Shown: positions 1-13,069 of the stretch, piece after piece
Numbering within the stretch: position 1 is the stretch's first letter
Layout: each line of letters opens with the position of its first letter
Source of the DNA: Amoebidium appalachense
Lineage: Eukaryota; Protista; Ichthyosporea
Length of the DNA: 64,000 nt
NCBI GenBank assembly: GCA_963693365.1
Contig: CAVNZM010000010.1
Location: 5,767,794 to 5,831,793, forward strand
Reading direction: 5' to 3'
Made by a program: the position numbers and the translations under genes
Notes under the pieces: model-generated
Told to the model about the DNA's origin: nothing
Databases searched by the model: none
What the model saw: the letters and a program-made list of their open reading frames with translations, nothing else

Positions 1-354
1 CCTCTCTTCCTCCCCATCCCTCCCCCCCAACATTAAAGAGAAAGGAAAAAAGAATCTCACACGCCTTCCCATTTTCCTAGTGTACACCACTGTGCCTACC
101 CCCCCCCCTCCCCCCCCTCCCCCCGCGCCCTCAGCATACACTACCGGTCCACGCAGGCACATAGCATATATATACACACACACACATGAATCAAGAGGTT
201 ATGAATGCATATTGACATCTAAAATCCCTGTAGGTGCTTCACTTCAAAGAGGAATTTTTTATTTAACTATATTTTTTATCTTTTTATTTTATTTCCCATT
301 ATTTTAGTTCATTTTATTTATTTATTTTTATTTATTATTTATTTTTATTTTATT

Positions 355-398
<44 letters not shown>

Positions 399-399
399 C

Positions 400-876
400 C
401 TTTCTTGTGGGGGCATGACGGCTATCTCGTTGTCCAAGTCTTCGATGGCAAGAAGCTGTTTGTAAGCTGCAGGGGTAAAAGAGGGAGGGTACGTGAGATA
501 TGTGCACAAGCTCGCACGAAGTTGTTAAACACACACACTCTAACATACATATGGGCGTGCACACACGCGCAAGCACGCATATGCGCACGCACACACACAC
601 GCACGCACTGCGCACACACATGCACACGTACACACAGCCATAGGCACACGTACACAGGCAAAGGCACACGCACGCTCGCACACACTAACACATTCAAGAG
701 ATCACAGTCTTCCCGCCTTCCACCAAAATCCACCCACGCACACACACGCACACACACACACACACATTGACGCGCCCACCCATACCACCACCCCCTCCCC
801 CTCCCCTCTCCCTCTTCAAAAAACCCGAAACAAAAAAAAAACGCACATACACACACACACACGCACACACACGCAC

Positions 877-924
<48 letters not shown>

Positions 925-1399
925 CCACACCCACACCCACACCCACACATCCGCCCCCACCCACACCCACATACACACACACATCTCCCAAACACACACA
1001 CACACTCATCCACCCCCCCCCCCCCCCCCTCCCCTTCCCCCCCCCAACTCCCCCCCCTCCCCCCCCCCCCCCCCCCCAACCAAACACACACACACCTGTC
1101 TCCATTGACATCAGCAACTTCCTTCGTGCCGATGTTGGCCCCGTAGACTCCTGCCGTGTGACGGCCACATCGATCAGTGGCTTAGGGGCATGGATGGACC
1201 CTGCCGGAAGCTTACCAAGCGTGTTCTCAAACACAACTGTGTGTGTGTGTGTGTGTGTGGTGGTGGGGGGGGGGGGGGGGGGGGGGGGGGGAGGGTTAGG
1301 TGGGTAGACGGGTGGGTGAGGGTGTGTGTGTGTGGGTGAATGGGTGGGTGTGGGTGTGGGTGTGGGTGTGGGTGTGTGTGTGCGTGTGTGTGTATGTGT

Positions 1400-1461
<62 letters not shown>

Positions 1462-1526
1462 ATGTGTGTGTGCATGTGTGTACGCGTGTGTGTTTGTGTG
1501 GGCATTTGTGTACGTGTATGTATGTG

Positions 1527-1558
<32 letters not shown>

Positions 1559-1573
1559 TGCGCGCGTGCGTGC

Positions 1574-1648
<75 letters not shown>

Positions 1649-1652
1649 GAGC

Positions 1653-1716
<64 letters not shown>

Positions 1717-2007
1717 ACCCCCGTGTTAGGCACGGTGTGTGTGTGTTGGGGGGTGACGGGGGAGGAGGGGCGGAGGGGGGAGAGGGAGAGGATGGGGACG
1801 GAGGGGGAAGATAAGAAAAAGCTTATCAGCATACAGGACTGCATCCCCGTCACCCTGTGCTTATCCAAGCATCATTCATCGTGTATTGGGCCCATAAGCA
1901 ATGAATGCACACACCACCCCGCCTCTCCGGCCCAATGTACCCTGGAAATCCCAAGCATGTACATATGTACCATCACAACCACCCCTCTCCCATCCCCCCC
2001 TCCCCTC

Positions 2008-2048
<41 letters not shown>

Positions 2049-2147
2049 CTCGCCCCCCCCCCCTTCCCACACACACACACACACAACAAGCAGGAACGCA
2101 TGGCCGCGCTCGTCCACGCATGCACGCACACACGCACGTGCACACCC

Positions 2148-2180
<33 letters not shown>

Positions 2181-2242
2181 AACACACACACACAAACACA
2201 CACAAACACATACACAAACACACACACACAAACACACACACA

Positions 2243-2314
<72 letters not shown>

Positions 2315-3747
2315 AACACACACACACACAAACACACACACACAAACACACACACACACAAACACACACACAAACACACACACACAAACACACACACAAA
2401 CACACACACACACACACACACACTCCCTCCCCCTCCCCTCCCACACACACGCCCCCCCCCCCCCCCCCCCCCCCCCCCCACACCCCCACCCCACCCCACC
2501 CCCTACACATACACAAGCCCCTGGCATTCACCTTCAGAACAACATCCATACTTCCCCACTTTCACACACATCCTGCACACCACAACCACACAAGCTTGCA
2601 CCACTCTACGCACTTGGCTCGTATTTTCTGGCCTGGTGGTGGCTCTTTGCAAGCAGCAGCCGTGGATGGCTGCCTTGTTCCTGCGCCAGCCGCTTAAGGT
2701 TGTACGCCTGGGGGATCACACACACAGTCAGTGACATAAGACGACTTAAGGGATGTGATGTTATTGGTGTGAATGTCGCGGACACAAATTTATGACTCAA
2801 TGAAAGGGGGTTTCTTAATAGGGATCCGGGTCGGGTCATACCTAGAAGAAATTTACGCTTTATGTTTGGCATGATGTGCATCAAACCGCATGTTGGCCTG
2901 ACCCGAAAGGGCCCATAACTGTGGGTGTGTTCGAATGGATGTGCCATCCAGGACTTTATGATAGCAACTCTACGCAGATGGCAACGATGACTATTTTTGT
3001 ACTATATTGGCATCAGGTTTGCACGGCAGATTTCATATACTAGATAGAAAAGAACTTGTGCGCACTGAAAAAAAAAAGGGGGGTGTGGGGGGGTGTGGGG
3101 AGGATGTGTGTGTTGTAGGGGGGGGGAGGGGGGGGAAGGGGGGGGGGGGGGAGGGGGAGGGGGGGGGGGGGGGGGGAGGGGAGGGGGGGGAGGGGGGGGG
3201 GGGGGGTTGAATGTGTCAATAAGTACGAAGTACACAAGAACAAACGGATAACACGATGCAGACTGCAAGCCATACATAAAGAGTATGCATAATAAGCAGA
3301 GCCCATCCTCAGGGGGGGGGCACGTCATCCACAGTACCCGAGTTTCGACCTATTCACCTCGTTAACGAAACCCAACTTAGATACTGTTTCACTTGAACAT
3401 GGGTAGGTCACCCGTCTTGATCAGAGACGAGCAGGGTTGCTTATGCAGGCAAGGGCAGTGGGAAAGGCCGGGGGTTAAAGTTGCAGCAGTAAGCAGAAGC
3501 AAGAAAAATATAGATAGGAACTCAGGAGACGGGGCTTCTGGAAAGCTCCCCCGTCGCTACCTAAGTCGATACTTCCCTGGCTAACATACTACACCAGCTG
3601 AAAAGAATTAAGTCCCGAAGGCCGCAGAATTCGCAATCAGAGGGGAAAGGGGGGGGGGGGGGGGGAGGGGGGAGGGGGGAGGGAAGTGGGGCTTTCTTTT
3701 TCTCTTTTGCCTTGTGCTTTTCTTTTTACAATTTATCTTTTTCTTGT

Positions 3748-3785
<38 letters not shown>

Positions 3786-4238
3786 CCTGGAAGTAATAAT
3801 CATTCAACTGGGGGTTGTTGGTTTGCAGCTGCGACATCTGCACTCGGATGATAAAGTCCTGCACGTGCCATGGTGGTCAGTGAATACTCACAGACCTGCC
3901 CATGGCTGGCCACACGAACACACGCACACACACACACACAGGCACAACTCGCACACACCGGGGGAAGGAGGGGCGGGCGGGGGGAGGGGGGGAGGGAGGG
4001 GGGAGAGAAGGGGGCGGTTACCTTTTCTGAACGTGTCATCAGGTTATCATAGCCTGGGGGCATTTGCATCGGGGGACCACCCATCATCGGGGACATGTGC
4101 ATGTGGGGGGACCCGGGCATGCCCATCCCTGCAGCATGCATGCACACAGTCAGTAATGGTGGTTGATGTGTCTGTGTGTGTGTAGCTACGATTATGGTGT
4201 TTGTCGTTTGTGGTGAGTGTGCTGGTGGTGTGTTTTTC

Positions 4239-4273
<35 letters not shown>

Positions 4274-4528
4274 AATCACGATTATGGTGTTTGTCGTTTG
4301 TGATGGGTGTGCGGGTGGTGGTTTGGTGTGTGGGTTGTGTGTGTGTGTGTGTGTGTGGAAAAGTCTCGGTGGAGTCATGAGAGGAGATCAGTAGCAAAGA
4401 TTAGGGGAGATCGGAGGATAGGGTGGGGAAAGAGAGAGAGTCGGAGGGGAGACGTAGAGGGAGTGCTCGAAGGATCTATGGAGAGGCGCGAGATGCATGG
4501 CCGAGAATGTGCCTGTATTTAATGCCTT

Positions 4529-4564
<36 letters not shown>

Positions 4565-4612
4565 TTCCCCCCTCGACCATCATCATCACCACCACCACCG
4601 CCACCGCCAAAA

Positions 4613-4643
<31 letters not shown>

Positions 4644-6174
4644 AGGGGGGGGGGGAATGGGGCGGGGAAGAGGGGGGGGCAGGGTAGGCATTTGTGTTGT
4701 TGAGAACGAGGCACACGTTCATGACAGACAGCAAAATGCAGGTTGCAAAGCGCAAATAATGAGCATGCATGATAAGCCCAGAGCCGGGGCAACGGCAGGC
4801 GCCGGGCGGGGGGGGGGGGGGGGCAGGGGCAAAACCTTGCATGGGTGATGGCACACGGTGGTGGGGCATCATTGGCGACTGGTTGGGTCCGTACGGGCCC
4901 ATGCCTGGGTGGCCCTGTGTGTGGAATGTTAGGCATAGTTTGTCACATTTTATGCTTTCCCATCCAGCATTCCAAAACAGCACTCTCAGACCACCGTTTA
5001 TACAAGAAGGCAGTGAGAGTTACCGGCTTTAGTTCCTGCATATCGTTCAACAAGATGCTGTTATTTCCTAAGCAGCCGAGCGCTATCAAATGAACAAATA
5101 AATAATAACTGACTAAATAAATAAACAAGTAAATAACTAAAGACAACACTAATTCAAAACTAGGCAAAATGGTTGCATACCTGTGGTGGGGGGTATGGCA
5201 TGGGCATGCCGTATGGCGGCATTCCATAGGGTCCGGGCGATGGCCCCTGGTTGCGATCGGGACCACCTAAAACAGTCCTGCATTAGCAAGGAACGGGGAG
5301 GAGAGCAGGAGAAAGAAATGCAGAAAAAATATAGGGAAGAAAGACTCGAAGAACAATGAAAAATAAGCATCCTTCAAGTTTTCTTATCTTATCTCTCCTC
5401 TTCTCTCTTCTCTGCGTTATCCTTTAAAAAATCAAATCAAATCTTAGGTGTTGTGATTGGATATGTGGATGCAGAACACGTAAAAATCACCTTGCGTCTG
5501 AGGACCAAACCTGGCGTTTGACTTCTCACAGAAAGGGAGGGCAGGGGACAGGGCAGGGGAGGGGGGGGGGGGGGGGGGTTGAATGCGTCATAAAGTACGA
5601 AGTACACAAGAACAAACAGATAACACGATGCAGAATGCAAATCATACATAAAGAGTATGCATAATAAGCAGAGCCCATCCTCAGGGGGGGTCCACGTCAT
5701 CCACAGTACCCGAGTTTCAACCCATTCACCTCGTTAACGAAACCCAACTCAGATACTGTTTCACTTGAACATGGGTAAGTCACCCGTCTTGGTCAGAGAC
5801 GAGCAGGGTTACTTATGCAGGCAAGGGCAGTGGGAAAGGCCGGGGGGGGGGGGTATGTGCTAAAGAGCTCGAAGTACGGCCGGGGGAGGGTAGGGGGGGG
5901 GGGGGGGGGGGGGGGGTTAGTATGTGCTAAAGTACACATTCATGACGAACAACCCACCTTGGCGCATCCTCTGTTCCAGCTCAGCGGCGGACATTGGATG
6001 ACCATCGGGGCCAGGGGGAGGCCGTGGGGGGCCATAGCCCGGCATGTACGGTGGCATCTGAACAACCCCACAGTCAGCACACCCCACAAGAAAAAGTCTC
6101 CCTTCTCCTCCCCCCCCCTCCCCCCAACCACCACCACCACCACCACCACCAAATTAAACCAAAAAAAGGAAGAA

Positions 6175-6206
<32 letters not shown>

Positions 6207-6679
6207 ACACGCACACACACACACGCGCGCGCGCATGCGCACACATACACACACACACACAAACACATACACAAGCAAACAGGCAGCACACACACACACA
6301 CACACACACACATCCCCCTCCCCCCCCCCTCCCTCCCCCTCCCCCCCCCCCCCCCCCACCCACCCACCCACACACACACACACACATTCACTCACCGGGC
6401 CACCAGGAAACATGCCCGGTGGGGGCATTTGCTGTGCCCCCCCCCGTGCAAAAAGCATAGACGGGTCCACTCTTTGCATGGGACTGGTGCCCCCCTGGAC
6501 AGGTGGCATGCCCCCGGCTGCATTCTTGGCTTCTCCCAACTGTACACAGACATGTTAGCAGACGACAGGGGGGGGAGGGGGGGGGGGGGGAGGGGGGGGG
6601 GGGGGGGGGGGGGGAGGGGGAGTGTCTGTGACGAAGGGAAGGGAAGGCGGGCGGGGAGGGGAGGCGGGGAGGGGAGGAG

Positions 6680-6714
<35 letters not shown>

Positions 6715-6795
6715 GACCCCCAGGAATTTTTCTTTTTTTTTCTTTTCTTTTTCTCTCTCTTTTTCTTTTTCTTTTTTTTTTTTTGTTGTTGTTGT

Positions 6796-6835
<40 letters not shown>

Positions 6836-6989
6836 GTTGGAGGCTATTGAAAACTGTACATAAATCACAGAGAGTCAAACAAACACAACGCGAAGAAAAC
6901 ATACCAAGTCCCCGGGGGTTATAAGGTTCTGCTGTCCGGCCCATGCGCCACCCTGTGTCAGCGCAAAGTTAGCTTTCCGAGGAAGAAAG

Positions 6990-7029
<40 letters not shown>

Positions 7030-7124
7030 AGATGGAGGGGAAGGTGTGTTTTATACGGAGGGAGAGGTAAATTGTCATGACAGCCAAGGTAATGTAGATG
7101 CCCACCGGTAGGGTGGGGGAAGGG

Positions 7125-7160
<36 letters not shown>

Positions 7161-7240
7161 TGCGTCATAAAGTACGAAGTACACATAAACAACGGATAAC
7201 ACAATGCAGAGTGCAAACCATACAAAAAGAGAGAGAGAGT

Positions 7241-7296
<56 letters not shown>

Positions 7297-8137
7297 ACTT
7301 CCTTCTTATTCCACTCTCATGCCAGAGTTTAAAGGACTGGGTACATGCAACAGAATAAGATCCTAAAGGGAGAGACCTTTTCCCTTCTGACATTCATCAT
7401 TCTAATTTAGATGATGTAGTACAAAAAACATGACGGAATGTAGATGATGTGAGCAGGATTAACTATTCGGCTTCATGAGTACTAGTTAGAAAGCCGAGGC
7501 TTGATTGTGCTAAACTTACATACACGTCACTCACGCCAAAAATCATTTATATTGCTTGATAAAATCAGAAGGCCAGTACCAAAATCTTTCATTATGTCAA
7601 CAAAAACATAAATTTTCCTCCACAAAATCAGAAAGCGGCTACCTGATTGTTTCCTAGTACTCATGCAAACGCCGGTGCCAATAATCAGAACTTACTAAAC
7701 TTGCTTCACAAAGTCAGAAATTCGTTGCCATATTCCCGTACTTTCAAAATATCCATGCACCAGACAATTAACCCAGCCCATTTTTCTTATAACGTGCCAT
7801 ACCTGCTGTTGTTGCTGTGCTGCAAAGATTCCAAGTCCCCCCTGACATTATCCTCCTGTCAGAAAGATGGCCGGCAGAAACAAATTCGACATCCATTTCT
7901 GGTGCTACCCTCTTACCACCTCCCCCCCCCCCCCCCCCCCCTTCCCTCCTCCCCCCCCCCCCCTTCCCCCCCTCCCCTCCCCCCTTCTCCCCCCCCCCCC
8001 CCTCTCCCCCCCGGGGCCGAGAGACAGTCTCCTTGGGTGGGTGTATTTCCTGTTCTCCATCTCCCACCTCCACTCTGTGCCTAAATACAATCAGGTACCT
8101 TGAGAAGGTCACCTGGAAGTTGAAAGACATCAGGCAG

Positions 8138-8184
<47 letters not shown>

Positions 8185-8320
8185 GGGAGCATACACAGGC
8201 ACAGGCACACGCGCACACACACACACACACACACACACCACACGCATGCGCTTACACACACAGAGAGAGGGTGGGAGGAGGGGGGGGGAAGGGGGGGGAG
8301 GGGGGGGGAGGGAGAGAGTA

Positions 8321-8355
<35 letters not shown>

Positions 8356-8387
8356 CGTGACAAACACACACACACACACACACACAT

Positions 8388-8458
<71 letters not shown>

Positions 8459-9876
8459 CCTTTTCTAGTTTGTCTTGAACCTTCAACTTTGACAGTTCAA
8501 GCTCCAACTCCACCTCTTGCAGGGTCTGGAAAGAGAGGCGGAGAGAGTCAGTTCAAAAATATAGTATTAGTTGTGCAGGAATGATGGGCCCGGGGGGGGA
8601 GGGGGGGGGAGGGGCGAAAGGGGTGGGCAGGCGGAGGAGGCGAGGGGGTAACGGGGAGGGGGGGGGGGAGGAGGGGGGTTGGTATGCTGGGGCTCGTGCG
8701 TGTGGTGTGTGCGGGTGTGAGTGTGCGGGTCTGTGTGTGTGTGTGTGTGTGTGTGTGCCTCTGTCCGTGCCTGAATGTAGTCTTCGTGCAAGTGAATGTA
8801 TGCCTTGCATGTACTGTGTTTGTAAACGGGTGAAGCATCTATGGGTGTTTGGAAACACAGGCGTGTGGTGTTGTTGGAAGAAAATGGGGGCAAGAGCCGA
8901 AGGTGATGTCTGATGCGTCAGGGTGTTAGGGCTCTAACCTTGCCTGGCCTCTGGTCCGGATTCACCCATTCCTCTGTGGGGCCACAAGCACGTTCAGTTC
9001 CAGCTCTTTAACTTGCGAGGTAAATAAAAACATGAACAACAAAAGGGTACCTGCGAAGAGCCCCCGCATCTTGGGCTACTCTAATATAGTAAAAAGCCAA
9101 TAGAATTGCAATTATGGTGCACAAAGCTGTCATTCTCTTTACCTTGCTAGTGAAACTTGCACCAAAGTTTGTGCATGTGCCGGCCACAACTTAACGGAAC
9201 TAGCATGCCCTTAGAACGAAAACTGAGGATAACGTGGACACACCCTAGGTCTGTTGGTAAGCTGCCTGAAACCCTGCTGACCCGGGAAAGTTAGAAAACG
9301 GAGGTGATCGAAAAAGTGGTGCGGTAAAGAAGAGAGAGCACGCGGGGGGGACCCGATGGGGGAGGGAGAGTGTTGGGGGAAAGGGGAGGAGGGGGGGGGG
9401 GGGGGGGGGGGGGGGAAGGGAGGGATAACCGAGATCATCAGCGAAAGTCTCATCGTTAAGTTCGTCCTTATCAACCAGTTGGTCTGCTCCGTCAACGGTG
9501 ATGTCCTCAAGCTCTCCCGCAAAGGCATCCTTATCAAGAGTAGGCTGCACAAGAAAAAGAACAAGTCAAAAAACAGACTAGAGTGTGTGTGCTGACCAAG
9601 TGAACGGAGCTAGGAGCGCATAAGCCAGTGACAGAACACTGGCAGCAACACTACTGGGGAGATAAAAGGATGGGGTCAAGAAAACATTGTTCATCAGTCC
9701 GCACAAAGCCCTTCTCTTGGCAGAGAGCATAAGATGACCCGGTGAGACGGGAAGAAGACAGCTTCTCTCACATTTCTGGCCTAAACTGACACTCTCACAA
9801 GCAATAGGTACAGGTCGTTCGCCAAGCATACCGTGGCGAAGTCAAAAAACCCGCCGCCACCACCCTGGCCCTCCAT
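400..9876 (-). CDS. PAT1: PAT1/PATL mRNA decapping activator (multi-exon; 3' part continues beyond position 1)
   Basis: Spliced exons: 9832-9876 ([15 protein letters not shown]), 9430-9544 ([12 protein letters not shown]), 8939-8973, 8457-8525; Pro-rich exons 6905-6952, 6396-6539, 5958-6057 ([10 protein letters not shown]), 5181-5266, 4836-4914; 4022-4128 ([11 protein letters not shown]), 3787-3858 ([24 protein letters not shown]), 2614-2707, 1096-1236 ([22 protein letters not shown]), 400-466 ([12 protein letters not shown]). These match Pat1-family N-terminal and mid-domain motifs. Exon structure between about 7000 and 8112 is unresolved. Confidence 0.9.
2803..2920. mobile_element. Truncated second copy of the 18620 MITE family
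   Basis: GGTTTCTT..GGGATCCGGGTCGGGTCA..GGCCTGACCCGAAAGGGC aligns to the reverse complement of about 18640-18758. Confidence 0.6.
3207..3503 (-). mobile_element. Poly(C)-associated structured repeat, subfamily A, long copy (PAT1 intron)
   Basis: Near-identical to 46269-46566; + strand begins poly(G)-TTGAATG. Strand assigned from the G-U-compatible pairings. Confidence 0.85.
5579..5846 (-). mobile_element. Subfamily A copy (PAT1 intron)
   Basis: Aligns by eye to 3207-3475; flanked by G runs on both sides. Confidence 0.85.
7160..7231 (-). mobile_element. Subfamily A short fragment (PAT1 intron)
   Basis: ATGCGTCATAAAGTACGAAGTACAC..GGATAACAC directly after poly(G). Confidence 0.75.
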
Positions 9877-12056
9877 CTCCTGCGCCTGAACGGGCCTGCG
9901 TCCTACGTGTCTAACTCTGTCAAACACCTAAATAGCCTAAGCTCTGATGCTACTCTCTACTTTGACTTTTTCAGTGCTCAGGGGAAAGCAGTCCAAGGCC
10001 TCGAACTTCGAGGCCGCCAGGCTGAGACTCTGAGAGCCGCAGCGGAAAACGAAAATCAATAGAGAAATGATCGATTGGCTGTTCGCCCACCACCTTACAC
10101 TAGGCGGCTCGCACCAGATCATGACAACTATGCTACAGCTGGACAGCTCGCACCATACAGCCGCAGCTATGTAGCGCTGTGTTGGAGTGCAAGTTGTTTC
10201 TTCATACTGTTAGTGGCGTGCCCCTTTACTTTTGGGGTGGCCTTTCAGCTGTTCATGGCCGCATGGCTGAAACGCCGGCCTACGTTAAATTGCAACCCTG
10301 CGCACACAGAGCTCGCCTTTTAATTTGTTCTGTTCCTCAAAGTTTTATGGCACCACCGTCTAACTTACGTTGATTATTGGGCTCACGGAGCTTTCAGTGT
10401 AGAGACAGGTTGAGGAGAGTCCTCCAGCCCCTCGGGCAGTTCAATTTCTCAAAGCTTCAAGCTTTCGTTAAGAGCTGTTGCCAATTATATCACTGCATAG
10501 AAGCCCGTGGAATCGATCACCATTAATGTTTGCGTACTGGTTCCTGAACCGATGCTATGGGGCAGGAAAGTCAGTATTGGCGGCATCGATTCGCATGCAC
10601 GTGTTTCTGAGTTGTGCTCCCGTTTATTTTTTTAGGGGGAAAAAAAGAGGACTTTACGATCGATGATTGTGACTCTTCCTTACATAAAATGCATGCGCAC
10701 GCGTCGGTGGTGATATGTTTCACCAGCCTTGCCTTCATAATGAACTTGCTAGAGGCGGGTGCAACGGGCGACATTGTGAGCTGGTGATGACATGCATAAT
10801 CATTGATTGTTTTTTATTTCGTTTTCTGCTGTGAAAAAATCGCATCATCCGATATCAGTTTAAGCCACGCTTTACATAAGCATCGATTAATCTTTCAATA
10901 CAGTAAAGGTATATTTTTTTAATTAAAAAAAGCAACTCTCCTGGACGCTAGATATAGCTAACCTTCCTTACCGTTGTGCACATACTGTATGCATAAAAAA
11001 CAGGACGAGGAAAGTACTTTGCAGATGTACTGCCTACAATTGTAGGCCTGACGCCCGGCATGCAGTATGTAACTTGCAGTTCTATGCACCTATACAAGTC
11101 AAGTTGCTCAATGGCCATCAGGCTCGCTTGCACCATGACCCAAGCTTCGTCACACATTACGTTCTGCCATCGATATCTGCACATAAAACTGAGTTCTGTG
11201 ATACAAAACACTGCAGTCAACTCTTTGGCTGTCGACGACCACACACACTGAAGTTCCGCGGCGCGCCCACATGCACGTCACAACGGCTCCACGAGTGGTA
11301 GCAACAGTCGACCAATCACGGCTTTCGGCCCCCTGGTTGGCTCACATAAAAATCGGTAACTTGTGGTAAATGTCTAGTGCCATCTGATTGGTTTTGTGAG
11401 TTTGGCATCGTTTATAAATTAGATCAGTGTACTAATATATTGCAACAATATTTATAATACCAGCAAAATCTTTACCAAAAAATCATCAAAATACTAGTTG
11501 CTAAATATAAGTAAATTGATAAGTTATACGGTGTGCTTTCGAATGTACTTTCAAATCTTTTCTATTTATGGTTTTGCAAGTTCCAGTTGTTGATGTGCTA
11601 TTGCTATTTTTATTGTACCAAAATCACTCACACTGAATCGTCATATATCCCCAAAAGGCTCACGTGAAAACAAAAGGCTAGTCAACATAATGATTTATAC
11701 CCAATCAGCGTTATTATCCCGGGTATCCTGCAAATGGCTCATGTTTAGACCAATCATTTTTAGCAGTGATATGCCTTACTGCGGCCAGCCAGAACTCCAA
11801 TCACAAATGAAATGTAGAACACTTTTTTTATTCCACCACTCACTAATATTCAAAACAAACTTATGTTTTTAAAAGCCTTTGTGTCATGCGCAAATATGTG
11901 ATAACTTTCCCCGCAGAATTCCAACGATCCCACGCACTCTGCCAAAAAAAAAAAAGAGGTGTTTGTGCCAACTTCACACACACTCGCTCTTCGATATACC
12001 TAGTTCCACACGTCGTTTTTGCAGTGACCTGTGTTTTCCTATACAAGAACGTGGAA

Positions 12057-12557
12057 ATGTCTAAGCAGCGTAACTACTCTCGGGGCGTATTTGAGATTCA
12101 CAATGCCCACACCGAGCCAGGTCAGTCGTGGTACATTGTTGGTAGCACGGCAGAGCTGGGCAAGTGGGACGCCTGCCGTGGTCTGCGTATGACCCCTGTC
12201 GGGTTCAACCACTGGAAATGTGAGGCGTTTATCTACACCATGTGGTCCAAGGATGTGGAGTGGAAGGCTGTGAGACGCACCGACAGCAAGTGCGAAGTAT
12301 GCCTGTGTTTTTATGTTTTAGTGGTGTAGTTGTGGTAGGAATAGGGTTGGTGGAATGGATTTCCAAGGTGGATTTCTTTAAGCAGCAGGAATCATTAAGA
12401 ATATCCAATTTGGTTCAGCAATAGAAAGACTAAAGGAAAGTGTGGCTGTGAAAGCATGATGTGTTCTTGTCATGCACATCCGAAGGCGCTGCAATAATTG
12501 TGAACAAGACACGGTAGACATTAACATTCCATTTGTGTGTGTGTGTGTTTGTGTGTG

Positions 12558-12595
<38 letters not shown>

Positions 12596-13036
12596 CACGG
12601 TGTGTGTGTGGGGTGTGTGTGTGTGTGTGTGCTTCTGGTTCGAAGAAAGGCTGAGTTGAGAAAGTGTTGTGTCTGGACATAACAAGTCGACAAATCATGC
12701 ACACATGTTAGTGAGTCTAGTTTGAGAGGAAACCCGCGTATGATATGCATACACGACATGGACAGTTGCCTTTTAAAAACCACCCACGCTGTATGCACTG
12801 TATTCTGTTCAGGCTTAGTGTTTCGCACAATCCATCTCTTTCCGTTATAAAAGCCTGACAATGGGGGCTAGGCGTGGTGCCTCGAGGGATTGGGGTACCG
12901 GTCGTGCGAGATAATTTACCATCATAGTTGCTCTTTACGGCCTTTGAACTACAAGATTGAACGGTTCGCTCCACATCCTGAGCACTATATCCTGGGTACT
13001 GCATTTTCGAGGGAAAGGCGTGAATGTGTGGTATGG

Positions 13037-13069
<33 letters not shown>

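Noticed and set aside
1296-2795. Long (HT)n, (CV)n, poly-P and poly-G ORFs here and throughout the ORF track
   Set aside because: They are translations of stop-free microsatellites and homopolymers inside introns of recognisable genes.
3298-3325. HDV-like ribozyme on the + strand (CCC-ATCCTCA-GGG)
   Set aside because: No convincing P1, P1.1 or P2 could be built, and the G-U pairs favour the opposite strand.
3002-3328. Recurrent peptide [33 protein letters not shown] in several ORFs
   Set aside because: It is the translation of the dispersed repeat; subfamilies A and B do not conserve a frame, so a coding role is unsupported.
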